NCBI GenBank assembly: GCA_963720465.1
Contig: OY970393.1
Location: 256,001 to 320,000, forward strand
Reading direction: 5' to 3'
Source of the DNA: Methanobacteriota archaeon
GTDB taxonomy: Archaea > Halobacteriota > Bog-38 > Methanoflorentales > Methanoflorentaceae
Length of the DNA stretch: 64,000 nt
Positions 41,417-51,451 of this stretch are shown piece by piece (positions within the stretch are counted from its first letter, which is position 1; each line of letters opens with the position of its first letter). Under the pieces are notes generated by a model, which saw only the letters and a list, made by a program, of their open reading frames with translations, did not search any database and was not told where the DNA came from. The position numbers were made by a program, and so were the translations under genes.

Positions 41417-42019
41417 CTATTTTCGTCCAATGATCGTCGTACCGATCGTACTGCGTCGCTGGATAGCGGCGATGACCCGTTCAAAGTGGCGACCGTTCAC
41501 AATAGTGCAATTCAAACTGTACTTTTCCAAGAGCTGAGGGAGGAACGCATCGACGCACGTTTGTGATGTGAGCTCGCTAGCAGCGATGCGCGAAGTCATT
41601 CCTTTTGTTGAAAAAATTCCGTCGACATCGGTTGCTATGACTAGATCGGCGTGCAGTTCGTAGGCAACCCAACACGCGATGGAGTCGCTAGTAGCCTCCC
41701 ACGAGTGTGGCAATGGATCGCACTCATACAGAATTTTGAACGGCAACAGAATGCAAATCCCAGGCTCAAGCGCGCACAGATCTTCAACCAATGTCGCTCC
41801 GGACGTGCCCAGATAGAAGCCATATTGATTCATTGCCAGAACGGCCATCCAGTGAGCAGTCGCATCATCGACGCGGTCTCCATAGCGCCGGACAGTCTGT
41901 GCAAATGGTCCACCGCCTGGTACCACCAGCGCGTCCACGTGAGCAGCACTCAGGTACGCAATCAAGTTCGAGGCGACCTCAATTAGGCTGCCTCCGACTT
42001 TGAGCACGGTGTGCGTCAT
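41417..42019 (-). CDS. mfnE: Amino-acid-kinase family protein, probable methanofuran pathway kinase MfnE
   Basis: VLKVGGSL, VPGGGPFA..VR, AHWMA..AM.QYG, LPHSW..TSDSIA, TDVDG. Confidence 0.8.
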   Translation of the reverse strand: MTHTVLKVGGSLIEVASNLIAYLSAAHVDALVVPGGGPFAQTVRRYGDRVDDATAHWMAVLAMNQYGFYLGTSGATLVEDLCALEPGICILLPFKILYECDPLPHSWEATSDSIACWVAYELHADLVIATDVDGIFSTKGMTSRIAASELTSQTCVDAFLPQLLEKYSLNCTIVNGRHFERVIAAIQRRSTIGTTIIGRK

Positions 42020-42388
42020 CCTGTTCTGCTCCCGCATCCCGACCGACGGGGGTCGTGCCACGCTACATCTCTTTTTTGCAGCAAAGGCGATATCTGTTTT
42101 GTCAGGGCCCCGGCACAAGAGATCGAAAGGGTCTATATAAGAGACTTTTGATGTGCTAGGATTCTCAGCAGTTTTTTCTGAAAACGTAGCGCCGCACAAA
42201 GATCGTTCCTAGCTTGGGAGGCGAGGTTAATCGGACGCGTGAAAAAGCGCTTGAAATGTCGTCGGCAAGCCTTGCGGAAAAACTCACGCGATCAAATCGA
42301 GATCGATCGTTGGGTGCTACCGTAATTGTCTCAGCGACCTCTTCGTGTGACTTCAGAATCCCAGCACATCAGAGTCATTTGCGAGCGG

Positions 42389-43963
42389 CTACGGCGGCTT
42401 TTCTTCTGGGATGACCGCGGCCCCCAAACGGCCGAGGTCGAGGCGATCCCACGGAGTCGGCGGAAGTGGTATGTTCATCATTTCATGGCTCAGGTCGTGA
42501 CGTTCCCATTGCAGATACATGTCTTTATAATCATCAGGAAATGAGTCACGACTGCCAGCGATTTTCAAACGCTCCTTGATAAAAGGCTTTAGGTCTCTCT
42601 TTTGCTGGCGGATTGTGCGTAGAATTGTTGTGTCAACCACGTCTCTGCCGTCCCAAAGCCGAAGGATAGGCGTTAGATGAAACATATGCACGAGCCGCGC
42701 GTCTTCCAGCGGCAATTGCTCCGTTGATTCTGCCCATTGCTTGATGAGCGCATGTTCCTTTCTCCAGATCGCCACGCGTCGTGATGTGATCTCTTTTGTT
42801 AGTTGCCGACATCGCGTGCGTCGCGTTATGGGAGCGTCAACTTCGTCGAAAGCCCGCATAAAGCCTTGGTCCATATTGATCTTGATGAGGCCGATATTGA
42901 GCTCTGCAAACCCGTGAACGGGAATCAAGGGATCAATAACGGTAAGGTCTACGCGTCGATCGCTTTGCTGCGCAGCTGCCAGATCGCCGTTGGTGATTTC
43001 GTCAAGAACAATCGCTGCCGCCCGATTTGCTATGTCGAGGAGGTCACGATCGTCGCTGCTGCCCACGGCCCAGTCCATGCAGTTCGTGCTAAAGTCTTCC
43101 GTCCGTATGTCAAACAGACTGCTTGTGGTCCAGTCCTCGGTCGGGTAATCCGCAACCGAGTCTTCGCGGTCTCGACTGAGGCGCGGAAGACAGAGAATAG
43201 CAAAGATCGTGTCGGCGCCGCAGTCTATCGCTCCCCGGATAGGGACAACTTCCCGAACAGAGCCATCGATATACCAGCTGCCGTCCACCTCGACGGGGGG
43301 AAATATCCCCGGAACCGCTGCTGATGCGAGGGCGGCTTTAATGAGCTTCTCTCGTGACTCACACAGTACGTTCACTTTGTCGCCCTTGTTGTCCCTGTCG
43401 CGATCGGTGTCGCACGACCTGTTATAAAAGCAGGTGTGCGCTCCTGTCTTAAGATCTGTCGCGTAAAGACGGAATGCTATTTCTGACGTAAGCGCTTTGT
43501 CGAGATCTTCAACGTCCTCACTCATCTTCTTTTCGAGGCGATCGGCCGGGTAGAGCGAGCGCTTGTCTTTAACGATCTTGATCATGTTTTCGAGATCCTT
43601 GACGGCGCTCGAAACATCCCCGAATAGTTGGAGGCTTGATTCGTGCAAAAGGCCTCCCATCGTGCAAACCCAGGAACCCACTGCACCGTCGACGACGGTT
43701 TTTAGCAAGGGGGCTAATTCTTCTGACCACTCGTGCTGCGGAATCAGATCGACCCGAGTGTTGACGTCCTTAAACCAATACCGTTCCAGCTTGTCAGCGC
43801 AGTCTTCACCCGTAGCAACGATCGCTGCGTTGATCGCACCGATTGAGGTGCCACAAACACACTTAATATCTGGCAAAACGCCCTTTTCATACAGATATTT
43901 GAGCGCTCCGACTTGAAAATCGCCGAGGGTTCCCCCGCCGCCGAGCACAACTCCAGTTGGCAT
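42389..43963 (-). CDS. Patatin-like phospholipase with long C-terminal extension
   Basis: GGGGTLG, GTSIG nucleophile elbow, ASAAVPGIFPP, DGS. Confidence 0.9.
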   Translation of the reverse strand: MPTGVVLGGGGTLGDFQVGALKYLYEKGVLPDIKCVCGTSIGAINAAIVATGEDCADKLERYWFKDVNTRVDLIPQHEWSEELAPLLKTVVDGAVGSWVCTMGGLLHESSLQLFGDVSSAVKDLENMIKIVKDKRSLYPADRLEKKMSEDVEDLDKALTSEIAFRLYATDLKTGAHTCFYNRSCDTDRDRDNKGDKVNVLCESREKLIKAALASAAVPGIFPPVEVDGSWYIDGSVREVVPIRGAIDCGADTIFAILCLPRLSRDREDSVADYPTEDWTTSSLFDIRTEDFSTNCMDWAVGSSDDRDLLDIANRAAAIVLDEITNGDLAAAQQSDRRVDLTVIDPLIPVHGFAELNIGLIKINMDQGFMRAFDEVDAPITRRTRCRQLTKEITSRRVAIWRKEHALIKQWAESTEQLPLEDARLVHMFHLTPILRLWDGRDVVDTTILRTIRQQKRDLKPFIKERLKIAGSRDSFPDDYKDMYLQWERHDLSHEMMNIPLPPTPWDRLDLGRLGAAVIPEEKPP

Positions 43964-44478
43964 ACCTTTACCTCCCTACCGCAATTCATCGCGGCGCTTG
44001 ACCCGCGATCTGCCTGTATGCTCGCGCGTATTTCGTGCCAAACGTTCCAGGACGACGTTAGAGGCGTTACGTCACGGCAGCCAGGTCACTCGTCGCGACG
44101 CGCGATTTTAGGGCAGGCCGCGGTGATCGAAGCTGCGTCGCTGCACGCTTGACGAATCGAAGATCGTTGCATCAATACGTGCGAGCTTACATTTTCGCGG
44201 GTTGACAGTAGGGATGTTGTTTCAATCAAAAAAGTTGTCGACGCTGAGCGCTGTTCCTCGAGACGAGGCGATCGGTGTTAACATGACTAACACACAGCGT
44301 GCCGCTAAATCAGACGTATTCGGATCCTCGAGCCGCGATAATGTAACCTCGCCCGCTAGCTGAATCGGTTATCTCGGCCAGGTATAAGCGCTAGGAACTC
44401 CCCCAAAGTCTGCTGTCCCACCAGCAAGTTTAGCACGGGCACGGCTAAGTTGCGTGCAGCCAGCGCTCACTTGGAAGT

Positions 44479-44721
44479 TCAGCTGCGCTCTTTCGAATAA
44501 CTGATCAACGTGTCGCGCACACATGAAAAATGCTCTGAGACATCATCGTCAAAAGCCGCGCTTCCGCCGTGGTCTGCTTCACCGTCTTTTGCTGCCATCG
44601 AACCCGCGAGCTGGTCAACGGCGCGGGTCAAGCGATCTGCGCACGTTCGGCAATCGGCAAGCGTCGCATTAGGACAGCCGACGCGGAGTCCATAGTAGCA
44701 CACATCGTGTTCTTGGTTCAT
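44479..44721 (-). CDS. Small 4-Cys protein A (80 aa), paralog of 54207-54473
   Basis: MNQEHDVCYYGLRVGCPNATLADCRTCADRLTRAV; 4 nt downstream of the preceding ORF. Confidence 0.65.
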   Translation of the reverse strand: MNQEHDVCYYGLRVGCPNATLADCRTCADRLTRAVDQLAGSMAAKDGEADHGGSAAFDDDVSEHFSCVRDTLISYSKERS

Positions 44722-44725
44722 ACTC

Positions 44726-44860
44726 TTAGGGTGGCGCTCTGTTGCTGGGGCTCTCAACAAGGATCTCCGCCACCGTGGGATCAATCTCAAGTATGGTGCG
44801 AAGCGTCTGTTCAATAATGGCGATGTCGCTTTCCAGTTTCGTTAGTTCCCTGTTTGCCAT
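44726..44860 (-). CDS. Helical microprotein (44 aa)
   Basis: MANRELTKLESDIAIIEQTLRTILEIDP...; strong GGAGGTGA SD upstream. Confidence 0.6.
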   Translation of the reverse strand: MANRELTKLESDIAIIEQTLRTILEIDPTVAEILVESPSNRAPP

Positions 44861-45184
44861 CACGGTCACCTCCAAACCAGACTGCGCAAGAAAGTTTCTT
44901 AAGGCCGCGTGAGACAGGCTTTGTGTGCGAAAGTGTGACAAAGAGCTTGTGCCACACCCTCTCTGAATGTAGAGCGGAACCGGACCGCGGTGCCGCGTGC
45001 CGCATTCAGCTCGAAAAAACGCTGCTAATGCACAATACTAGCGAACTCAAATCTTCTTAAGCGCTCATTTTTCAGCATCGTGCTTAACGGAGGCCCGTGT
45101 GGGCAAACGATAACCAGGGCTAGTGCTAGATAAGAACCTACTTATATGCAATATCTCTAGATGCACTTGAGAACTTTGAGAACT

Positions 45185-46075
45185 ATGCATCTCAGTCAGG
45201 AAGTGCGAGCCTACGGCACCCTCATGCGGCTGCCTTATGTGCTCATGCTCGCCCTTCTATGCATCCTCTTTATCGTCACGTTCCAAAAAGGCTTACCCGA
45301 GCTTGGGCTCGTGGGTTTGGCGGTCATTACCGTAGCGATGGTAACTGCAGGAAGCGCGGCCATAAACGATTACTGCGATCGCGATTCAGACGCGCTCACG
45401 CATCCTGAAAGGCCTATCCCTTCGAACCACATCTCTGCTGCTCACGCCGCGGAGTTTTCTGCTCTGGCGTTCTTTGCTGCAATCGGGGTCTCACTTACGA
45501 TTAACGTCTTTGCTTTTGGCATTGTGCTCGTAAATGTTGGACTCTTCATTCTGTACGCGCGTGCGATAAAGCGAGTCTCTGGGTTTGTGAGCAACTTGGT
45601 TATGGGATATCTGGGAGCAACGATTGCTCTCTTCTCGGGTGCGGTAGTATTTCATACAATCAATGTCACGTCGCTCTCGTTCGTAGGTTTGATTGCCGGA
45701 GCTGCTATCGGTTTAAACGTTCTCAAAGACGTTTTGACCTTAACTGGGGACCGAAAAGTTGGATATCCCACCCTTGCGGCAAAGCGAGGGATACGCGTAG
45801 CAGCGATTGTCGGCGCTCTTTTCCTTCTTCTCTCTGCAATAACGTCGCCATTGCCGTTTTTTGTTGGGGCTGTCAGCGTTGCCTATTTGTTTCCTATTGC
45901 TGTTTGGGGCTGCTTCGTCTTCGTTACGGCCCTTACCCTCCTGAGAGCACCAAACATCGAAAATGTGACAGCGCAACTCAGGATCTTCACGACGTACTTT
46001 CCGTATGTTGCGGGACTCGCCGGCGTTGCGTATATACTTCCCTTCGCCGTCTGGGGGGCGCATTACAGTGTCTGA
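45185..46075 (+). CDS. UbiA-family prenyltransferase (DGGGP synthase-like)
   Basis: INDYCDRDSD...PERPIPS, KD....GD...G.PTL; multi-TM. Confidence 0.9.
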   Translation: MHLSQEVRAYGTLMRLPYVLMLALLCILFIVTFQKGLPELGLVGLAVITVAMVTAGSAAINDYCDRDSDALTHPERPIPSNHISAAHAAEFSALAFFAAIGVSLTINVFAFGIVLVNVGLFILYARAIKRVSGFVSNLVMGYLGATIALFSGAVVFHTINVTSLSFVGLIAGAAIGLNVLKDVLTLTGDRKVGYPTLAAKRGIRVAAIVGALFLLLSAITSPLPFFVGAVSVAYLFPIAVWGCFVFVTALTLLRAPNIENVTAQLRIFTTYFPYVAGLAGVAYILPFAVWGAHYSV

Positions 46076-46105
46076 AGAAAAATCGCACAGTCTAGCTGGT
46101 GCAAA

Positions 46106-46420
46106 ATGGCGTCTCAGGTAGCTGATCACGCCGACAATCTAGAGTCACCTCTTGGTCAGACGAGGAACATATTTGATATATGCAATATCCTCAATGGGTC
46201 AAGAAAAGCTGCAGGTCAGTTACTGCGACTTCATAAAGAGACTTACGCCGCTTCTCTTTACAGCTGGGACGCGTTTTTTGCACGTCGAGTCAATTACGGC
46301 AGGAAATACAAGAAAGACAATCACAAGAAGCTCGCGCGAATAGGTGACGCTTACATCCGAGACATAGATGCCAAAAAAATGGAATGGAACTCGGCCAAGG
46401 GATGCGTTAACTATGGAAGG
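46106..46420 (+). pseudogene. Degenerate duplicate of the methyltransferase N-terminus
   Basis: QTRNIFDI...ARIGDAYIRDIDAKK aligns with QIRDIFDI...ARVVDAYIEDKHAKK of the next gene; no SAM motif. Confidence 0.6.
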
Positions 46421-46588
46421 CGATCGAGGCGAGGGTACCCAACACTCACATTAGAGCGCGGCGCACGCAGCAGCAATTGCTGGGGCGCTTGTCCTTCTAA
46501 TCTCCGCCATAACGTCGCCCTTTCATATCTCGTGAGGGCCGCCAGCGCTGCCTACGCGCTCGCGGTAGCTGCCTGGGGGTCCAGTGAA

Positions 46589-47566
46589 ATGCCTGAAGAA
46601 ACTATTGAATGGAAAACTACTGAATTGACGACCGATTCCACAGCAGACCGCCGCGCTGTAGGACAAGATCCAAATCTCGAGCTATACCTTGCGCAGATTC
46701 GTGACATATTCGACATACCTCGTATTATTGATGCGCCGCGCGATAAGCCGCAGATTATCAACTATTATTTGGCGAATAAACTTTCGTATAGATTGGCATG
46801 GAGTTTGGAGGGATTTATCCACTGCGGCATTAGCTACGACGGAAAACGCAAAAAAGAAGATTTCAGGGAACAAGCTAGAGTAGTTGATGCGTATATCGAA
46901 GACAAACACGCTAAAAAGGTGCTCGAGCTTGGCTATGGATTGGGTTCAAACTCCGCATACCTTGCAAGGCGCAACCCTCACGTGACCTTTGACGCGATTG
47001 ATATATCTAACAAGCCTTTGAGAAGTTTCACAACGATACCAAACTTGAGTTTTTGTTTCGGGGACTATCACAATTTGAGCCAGTTCAAGGATGACTCGTA
47101 CGATATCGTCTTTGTCATTGAGGCTTTGTGTTACTCAACTCAGAAATTAAAAGTATTTCGTGAGGTTAAAACGAAGTTAAAAAATGACGGCTTTTTAATT
47201 GTTTTTGACCCGTACACGAGAAATCGTGTGACTCCTCTGAGTGAGTCGGAAAAAACCATGTGGAAACTCATTTACAGAGGCTCTGTGCTTAAAACGTTCG
47301 AACGCGTGGACGATGTTGAGGATGCGATGCGAAAGGAGTTCTCAATCGTTATCGCTAAGGACCTATCGACGTGTGTTCTTCCGTCCTTGGAGGCACAGGA
47401 ATCCAAGGCGCGCCACTACTTTAATCATCCTGCTATTGCGAGAGTTATCAACAAGGTTCTTCCATTTGACGTCGTAAGACATCTGCCGCAGATATTGCTG
47501 ATGCCCACAAGCGTGCGAAGGCAGGTCGGGTGCTATTACTTACACGTGCTAAAAAACGATCGGTGA
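46589..47566 (+). CDS. Class I SAM-dependent methyltransferase
   Basis: VLELGYGLG, AIDIS, GDY, YDIVFVIEALCY, LKNDGFL. Confidence 0.88.
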   Translation: MPEETIEWKTTELTTDSTADRRAVGQDPNLELYLAQIRDIFDIPRIIDAPRDKPQIINYYLANKLSYRLAWSLEGFIHCGISYDGKRKKEDFREQARVVDAYIEDKHAKKVLELGYGLGSNSAYLARRNPHVTFDAIDISNKPLRSFTTIPNLSFCFGDYHNLSQFKDDSYDIVFVIEALCYSTQKLKVFREVKTKLKNDGFLIVFDPYTRNRVTPLSESEKTMWKLIYRGSVLKTFERVDDVEDAMRKEFSIVIAKDLSTCVLPSLEAQESKARHYFNHPAIARVINKVLPFDVVRHLPQILLMPTSVRRQVGCYYLHVLKNDR

Positions 47567-47597
47567 CATATCTTGCAAGGCGCTTTGCGCCAGCCAG

Positions 47598-48437
47598 TCA
47601 AACCTGCGGTGGGCCTTGTTTTTGTAGTTCTTCAATTCGCCTTGCCGCAGGAACTGACTGTTGCCACAGCATTTCAAAGGTCTCTATCAGGTAATCAGCG
47701 TAGGTGGGGTCATCGGTATAGAGCATTGCAATGGGTTGAGTCAGTGAGAGATGCTTGATATCCAAGTTAATACCATGCAAACAAGTTTTTCTGTCCAGCA
47801 CAGCGAAATATACCCCTCGGTATCCATCTAAATGGCGTACTTCCTCGCCAACGGCCAGTGCTTCTTTAACGAATTCAATTGCGGAGTATGATACATCAGT
47901 CAGCATTCTGAAGCTCGCTCCGCGCTCTATAAGCTTCTTGATTTCGTCTAATATGCCGAATAGCGAAGCGACAGCGATCACCTCTTCAGGACTTACCAGG
48001 ATCACTTCATTCTCGCATGCAGTTGTGAGAGCATTAGCGATGCCGACGAGTTCCTTAATGCTTTTGATAATCTTGAACGTCTTAACTTCGTCCGAGGGCC
48101 GGAACCGCTGTCGCTTTGAGAGCTGCTGCAGCTCCCGCCTTCGCGCCTCCATCTCTCGCAGCTCACTCTCCTGCTTTTTCACTGCGGCTTGGAGAGCGGC
48201 GTCCAGGTCCACTGCGGCGTAAATCGTTGGAGAGTCGAGTGAGGGCCGCACCATGCCTTTTTCAATGAGGCCAGTCAGCGTGCGGTGCACGTCCTCGCGA
48301 TATGTCTTGAGCGACTTTGCGAGAGGCGAGGGGCTCTTGGGGCCGTACTTGAGCAGGTGAAGATAGGTCTGTGCCTCCTTTTCGTTAAGCCCGAAGCCAA
48401 CCAGACGAGCGATAAACTGTGCGTCGTCGTCCATCAT
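47598..48437 (-). CDS. TrmB-like regulator (wHTH + coiled coil + sensor domain), copy T3
   Basis: FGLNEKEAQTYLHLLKYGP...YREDVHRTL..LIEKG; C-terminal EVRH..YRG..F..D, FE.LW. Confidence 0.88.
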   Translation of the reverse strand: MMDDDAQFIARLVGFGLNEKEAQTYLHLLKYGPKSPSPLAKSLKTYREDVHRTLTGLIEKGMVRPSLDSPTIYAAVDLDAALQAAVKKQESELREMEARRRELQQLSKRQRFRPSDEVKTFKIIKSIKELVGIANALTTACENEVILVSPEEVIAVASLFGILDEIKKLIERGASFRMLTDVSYSAIEFVKEALAVGEEVRHLDGYRGVYFAVLDRKTCLHGINLDIKHLSLTQPIAMLYTDDPTYADYLIETFEMLWQQSVPAARRIEELQKQGPPQV

Positions 48438-48814
48438 GACGAGATATCGTAAGCCGTAAATAAACGTTACTGTCCTGATTTTTATATTGCCCTATTTTGT
48501 TAATTAGATGTTTAACGTTCTAGAGCGCCTTACGCTCTGCTTTTATCGTGTGATTATGCTTGGCGGTTATTATCAGTTCAATGCGCTGAGAATAATTGCG
48601 AGATCAACATCTGAGTCGTGCAAACTCATGGGGGATGCTAGAGTAGATCGTTATCAGTCAACTTACCCTTTCGGGGCAACAATAGGAATGCCGAGTGTTT
48701 TTATGAACTATGGTCTAGCACCGGTCGCAATAAGTATTACAGCGGCAATATGGAAGCAGCTCTGGCAGCGTGCAACTGGTCGGTCGAGTGCTCTCAATGT
48801 GCGCAGACCTTCTC

Positions 48815-49273
48815 CTAAAACTCGTGTATCCGCTTCTGCGCATCAGTCGCTTCTGCCCAGGCTATATCGAAGTTTGAAAGGAGGTACTCGGCGTAGTCAG
48901 GATCATCAGTCCAGAATGCCACGATCTTGTCATCAAGCGAGAGATCTTTGACGTTGAAGTTAGTCGAACTAATGCTTTGGCTCTTATCTCCGACGAGCAG
49001 AAACGAGCCGATATCGTTTTCAATATGGCGCAGGTCTACGCCAATGTCGAGGAGTACGCTTACAGTTTCCGCGTATGGTGATGAGATCGTAGTTATTCCG
49101 CGCACTCGTCCACCCTTTTGCATCAGGCCTCTCGATTTCAAGTTGTATTGCGCGGCCATTGCCAACATCGGTGCTGGGAAAAGCCACGCAATGTCAATCT
49201 CTGCAGATTCTATGATGCTTGAACAAACCGTTATGACATCTTTCAGACTTTCAACGATCGTCTCATGAACCAT
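48815..49273 (-). CDS. HTH-less TrmB sensor-domain protein, copy S3
   Basis: ESAE....W..P, GGRVRGIT, LRH, FWTDDPDYAEYL...FD.AW. Confidence 0.8.
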   Translation of the reverse strand: MVHETIVESLKDVITVCSSIIESAEIDIAWLFPAPMLAMAAQYNLKSRGLMQKGGRVRGITTISSPYAETVSVLLDIGVDLRHIENDIGSFLLVGDKSQSISSTNFNVKDLSLDDKIVAFWTDDPDYAEYLLSNFDIAWAEATDAQKRIHEF

Positions 49274-49308
49274 TAACAGAGTGAAATGTCTCGGGGTTTA
49301 TAATGTTG

Positions 49309-49329
49309 CGTGACATCGTTTCCTTCACG
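49309..49329. promoter_or_regulatory. Inverted repeat CGTGA-N11-TCACG next to the TATA of S3
   Basis: Same motif and position at 51361-51381. Confidence 0.55.
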
Positions 49330-49417
49330 TGCTATTATGCCGAGTAGCTGAGTTTCGCTGGGAGGTATGCATTGAGCTTCTCATTGCCGAGCATCCGCGC
49401 TCGCTTTTCACGACTGC

Positions 49418-49545
49418 GCCTCGTTTTAAAAGCTTTTGAATCCGCTCCGCCGCCGGAAATAACGGCTGCGACAATACCTCAAATGTGGCCGTCATGTGTC
49501 GAGCGTAAGCAGCTAATCGGTCCACAGTGCTGCACCTCGTTAATC
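49418..49545 (-). pseudogene. Relic 3' end of a further TrmB-like gene
   Basis: (L)WTD...AAYARHMTATFEVLSQPLFPAAERIQKLLKRG resembles WTDDPAYAQYLTSTFEMLWKQAIPAEQRIEQLLQQG. Confidence 0.6.
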
Positions 49546-49704
49546 AAGCGAAAAACGGGGTATATTTGGGCTAATCTAACTCATAACGCTCGTCAAAAAC
49601 GGAGGTACGTTTCAGTTCAATAGGCTAAGCGTGCGTAGCAAAACGTCACGACACTTCGCAGTCAAGAACAGAGATTATATAGGCGAGTCGGTGATGGGCA
49701 TCCA

Positions 49705-50538
49705 TCAACTTTTCGGAGGGCCTTGCTGTAACAGCTGTTCTATACGCTGCTCTGCAGGGATCGCCTGTTTCCACAACATCTCAAACGTTGACGTGAGGTA
49801 CTGAGCATATGCTGGGTCATCGGTCCAAAGTCCGGAGACAGGCTCGTTGAGGGATATACGCTTGACTTCCGCGTTGATCGCGCTTATAGAGATTTTTCTG
49901 TCAAACACGACGAATGTAACCCCGTGTTCATCAATATGGCGCACTTCTTCACCGATGGCTATCATTTCTCGCACCGGCGCAATAAATGGATACGAAATGT
50001 CGATGATGGCTCGCACCTTTCCTCCGCGCTTGATAAATTCATACGCAGCCTCGTTGACTCCAAAGAGGGAGGCGACAACAGTCAGGTAAGCAGGAGCGGC
50101 TATCAGTCATTCCTCTTGCATCGAGTCAATTAAGGGCATAGAGACAGCGACGAGTTCCTTAATGCTCTTGATGATCTTGAACGTGCTCACTTCATCGGAG
50201 GCCCGGAATCGTTGTTGTTGCGAGAGCTCCTGAAGCTCACGCTTCCTTTCCTCCATCTCCCGGAGTTCGCTCTCCTGCTTCTGCAGAGCGGACCCGAGGG
50301 CGGTGTCGAGGTCGACGGCTGCGTAAACGGTGGGGGAATCAAATGAGGGACGTACCATGCCCTTCTCGATCAACTCAGTGAGGGTGCGGTGCACATCTTC
50401 GCGATACGTCTTCAGCGATTTGGCGATCGGGGACGGAGTCTTGGGGCCGTACTTAAGCAGGTGTAGATACAACAGTGCCTCTTTTTCGGTGAGCCCGAAT
50501 CCAATTAAACGGCGGGTGAACTCGTCGTCAGTGGCCAT
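49705..50538 (-). pseudogene. TrmB-like regulator T2 interrupted by in-frame TGA (50107-50109)
   Basis: Both ORF-track pieces are in the same frame: ...IDSMQEE*LIAAPAYLTVVASLFG..., colinear with paralogs. Confidence 0.8.
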
Positions 50539-50840
50539 TATTGGTCACAACGCATGTGAGCTAAATAATAGATATAGGTTAGCTTCGAAAAAGAAAGGCG
50601 AGGTCAAATACGCTATTTCGAGCGTTACAGCGTCACAGTTCAGTGCTTCAGTAGCATTGAGCCTACATCATTACGCACGGCGTGAGCGGCGGTCGATTGA
50701 AAGCACTATAAGCATCTGCTGTCGGAAAATATTTACGATGTCTACGCAATATGAGAAGAATACGCATGAAAGAATTTTAGTGAACAATCTTGGATATCTT
50801 TACTGATACTATTTGAGCATGCGCTCTTTAACTCGGCGCA

Positions 50841-51326
50841 TTAGAGATGCGAGGGGCTGTCACTAAGCTCTTGTATCCGCTTTTGTGCATCAGTAGCTTC
50901 TACCCAAGTTCTATCAAAGCTTGACAGGAGGTATTCGGCATAATCTGGGTTCTCAGTCCAGAGCGCTACAATCTTATCGTCAAGTGAGAGATCCTTGACA
51001 TTAACGTCAATCGCACTGACGCTTTGCCTGCAGTCTCCTACTACCATAAACGCCCCACTGTACTGTTCCACGTGGCGGACGCCTATCCCAATGTCGATGA
51101 GTTTGCTTACCACTTCGATATACGGCGGTGACACTTGGGTGATCCCTCGCACGTGTCCTCCTTTTTGTATCAGCACTCTGGATTTGTCATTCAGACAGAA
51201 GTGAGCGGCCAAGACCAATAGAGGGGCAGGGACGAGCCAGGAAACTTCCTTCTCTGCAGATTCTAGGATAGTTGAAGCCACAGCTATAGCGTCTTTAACG
51301 CTTTCAATAATGGTCCCATCTATCAT
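50841..51326 (-). CDS. HTH-less TrmB sensor-domain protein, copy S2
   Basis: TIIESVKDA...ESAEKEVSW..P, GGHVRGIT, LWTENPDYAEYL. Confidence 0.8.
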   Translation of the reverse strand: MIDGTIIESVKDAIAVASTILESAEKEVSWLVPAPLLVLAAHFCLNDKSRVLIQKGGHVRGITQVSPPYIEVVSKLIDIGIGVRHVEQYSGAFMVVGDCRQSVSAIDVNVKDLSLDDKIVALWTENPDYAEYLLSSFDRTWVEATDAQKRIQELSDSPSHL

Positions 51327-51360
51327 CAAGCAAAACAGGAGGCCTCGGTTTATAAAGCTG

Positions 51361-51381
51361 CGTGACAAAGTTTACTTCACG
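51361..51381. promoter_or_regulatory. Inverted repeat CGTGA-N11-TCACG next to the TATA of S2
   Basis: CGTGA caaagtttact TCACG beside TTTATAAA (51349-51356). Confidence 0.55.
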
Positions 51382-51451
51382 TTCTAGGTCAGCGACTAAA
51401 AAAGTACTAAAAAGTAAGCAAGGTCAAGCATTTTCCCAAGCGTAGCCCGGC

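Noticed and set aside
42389-43963. Patatin as a CBASS/CapV-type defence effector
   Set aside because: No CD-NTase, Cap2/3 or other defence gene is recognisable nearby
50107-50109. Selenocysteine in TrmB T2
   Set aside because: Paralogs have no Cys at this position and no SECIS-like hairpin was recognised; a nonsense change is simpler
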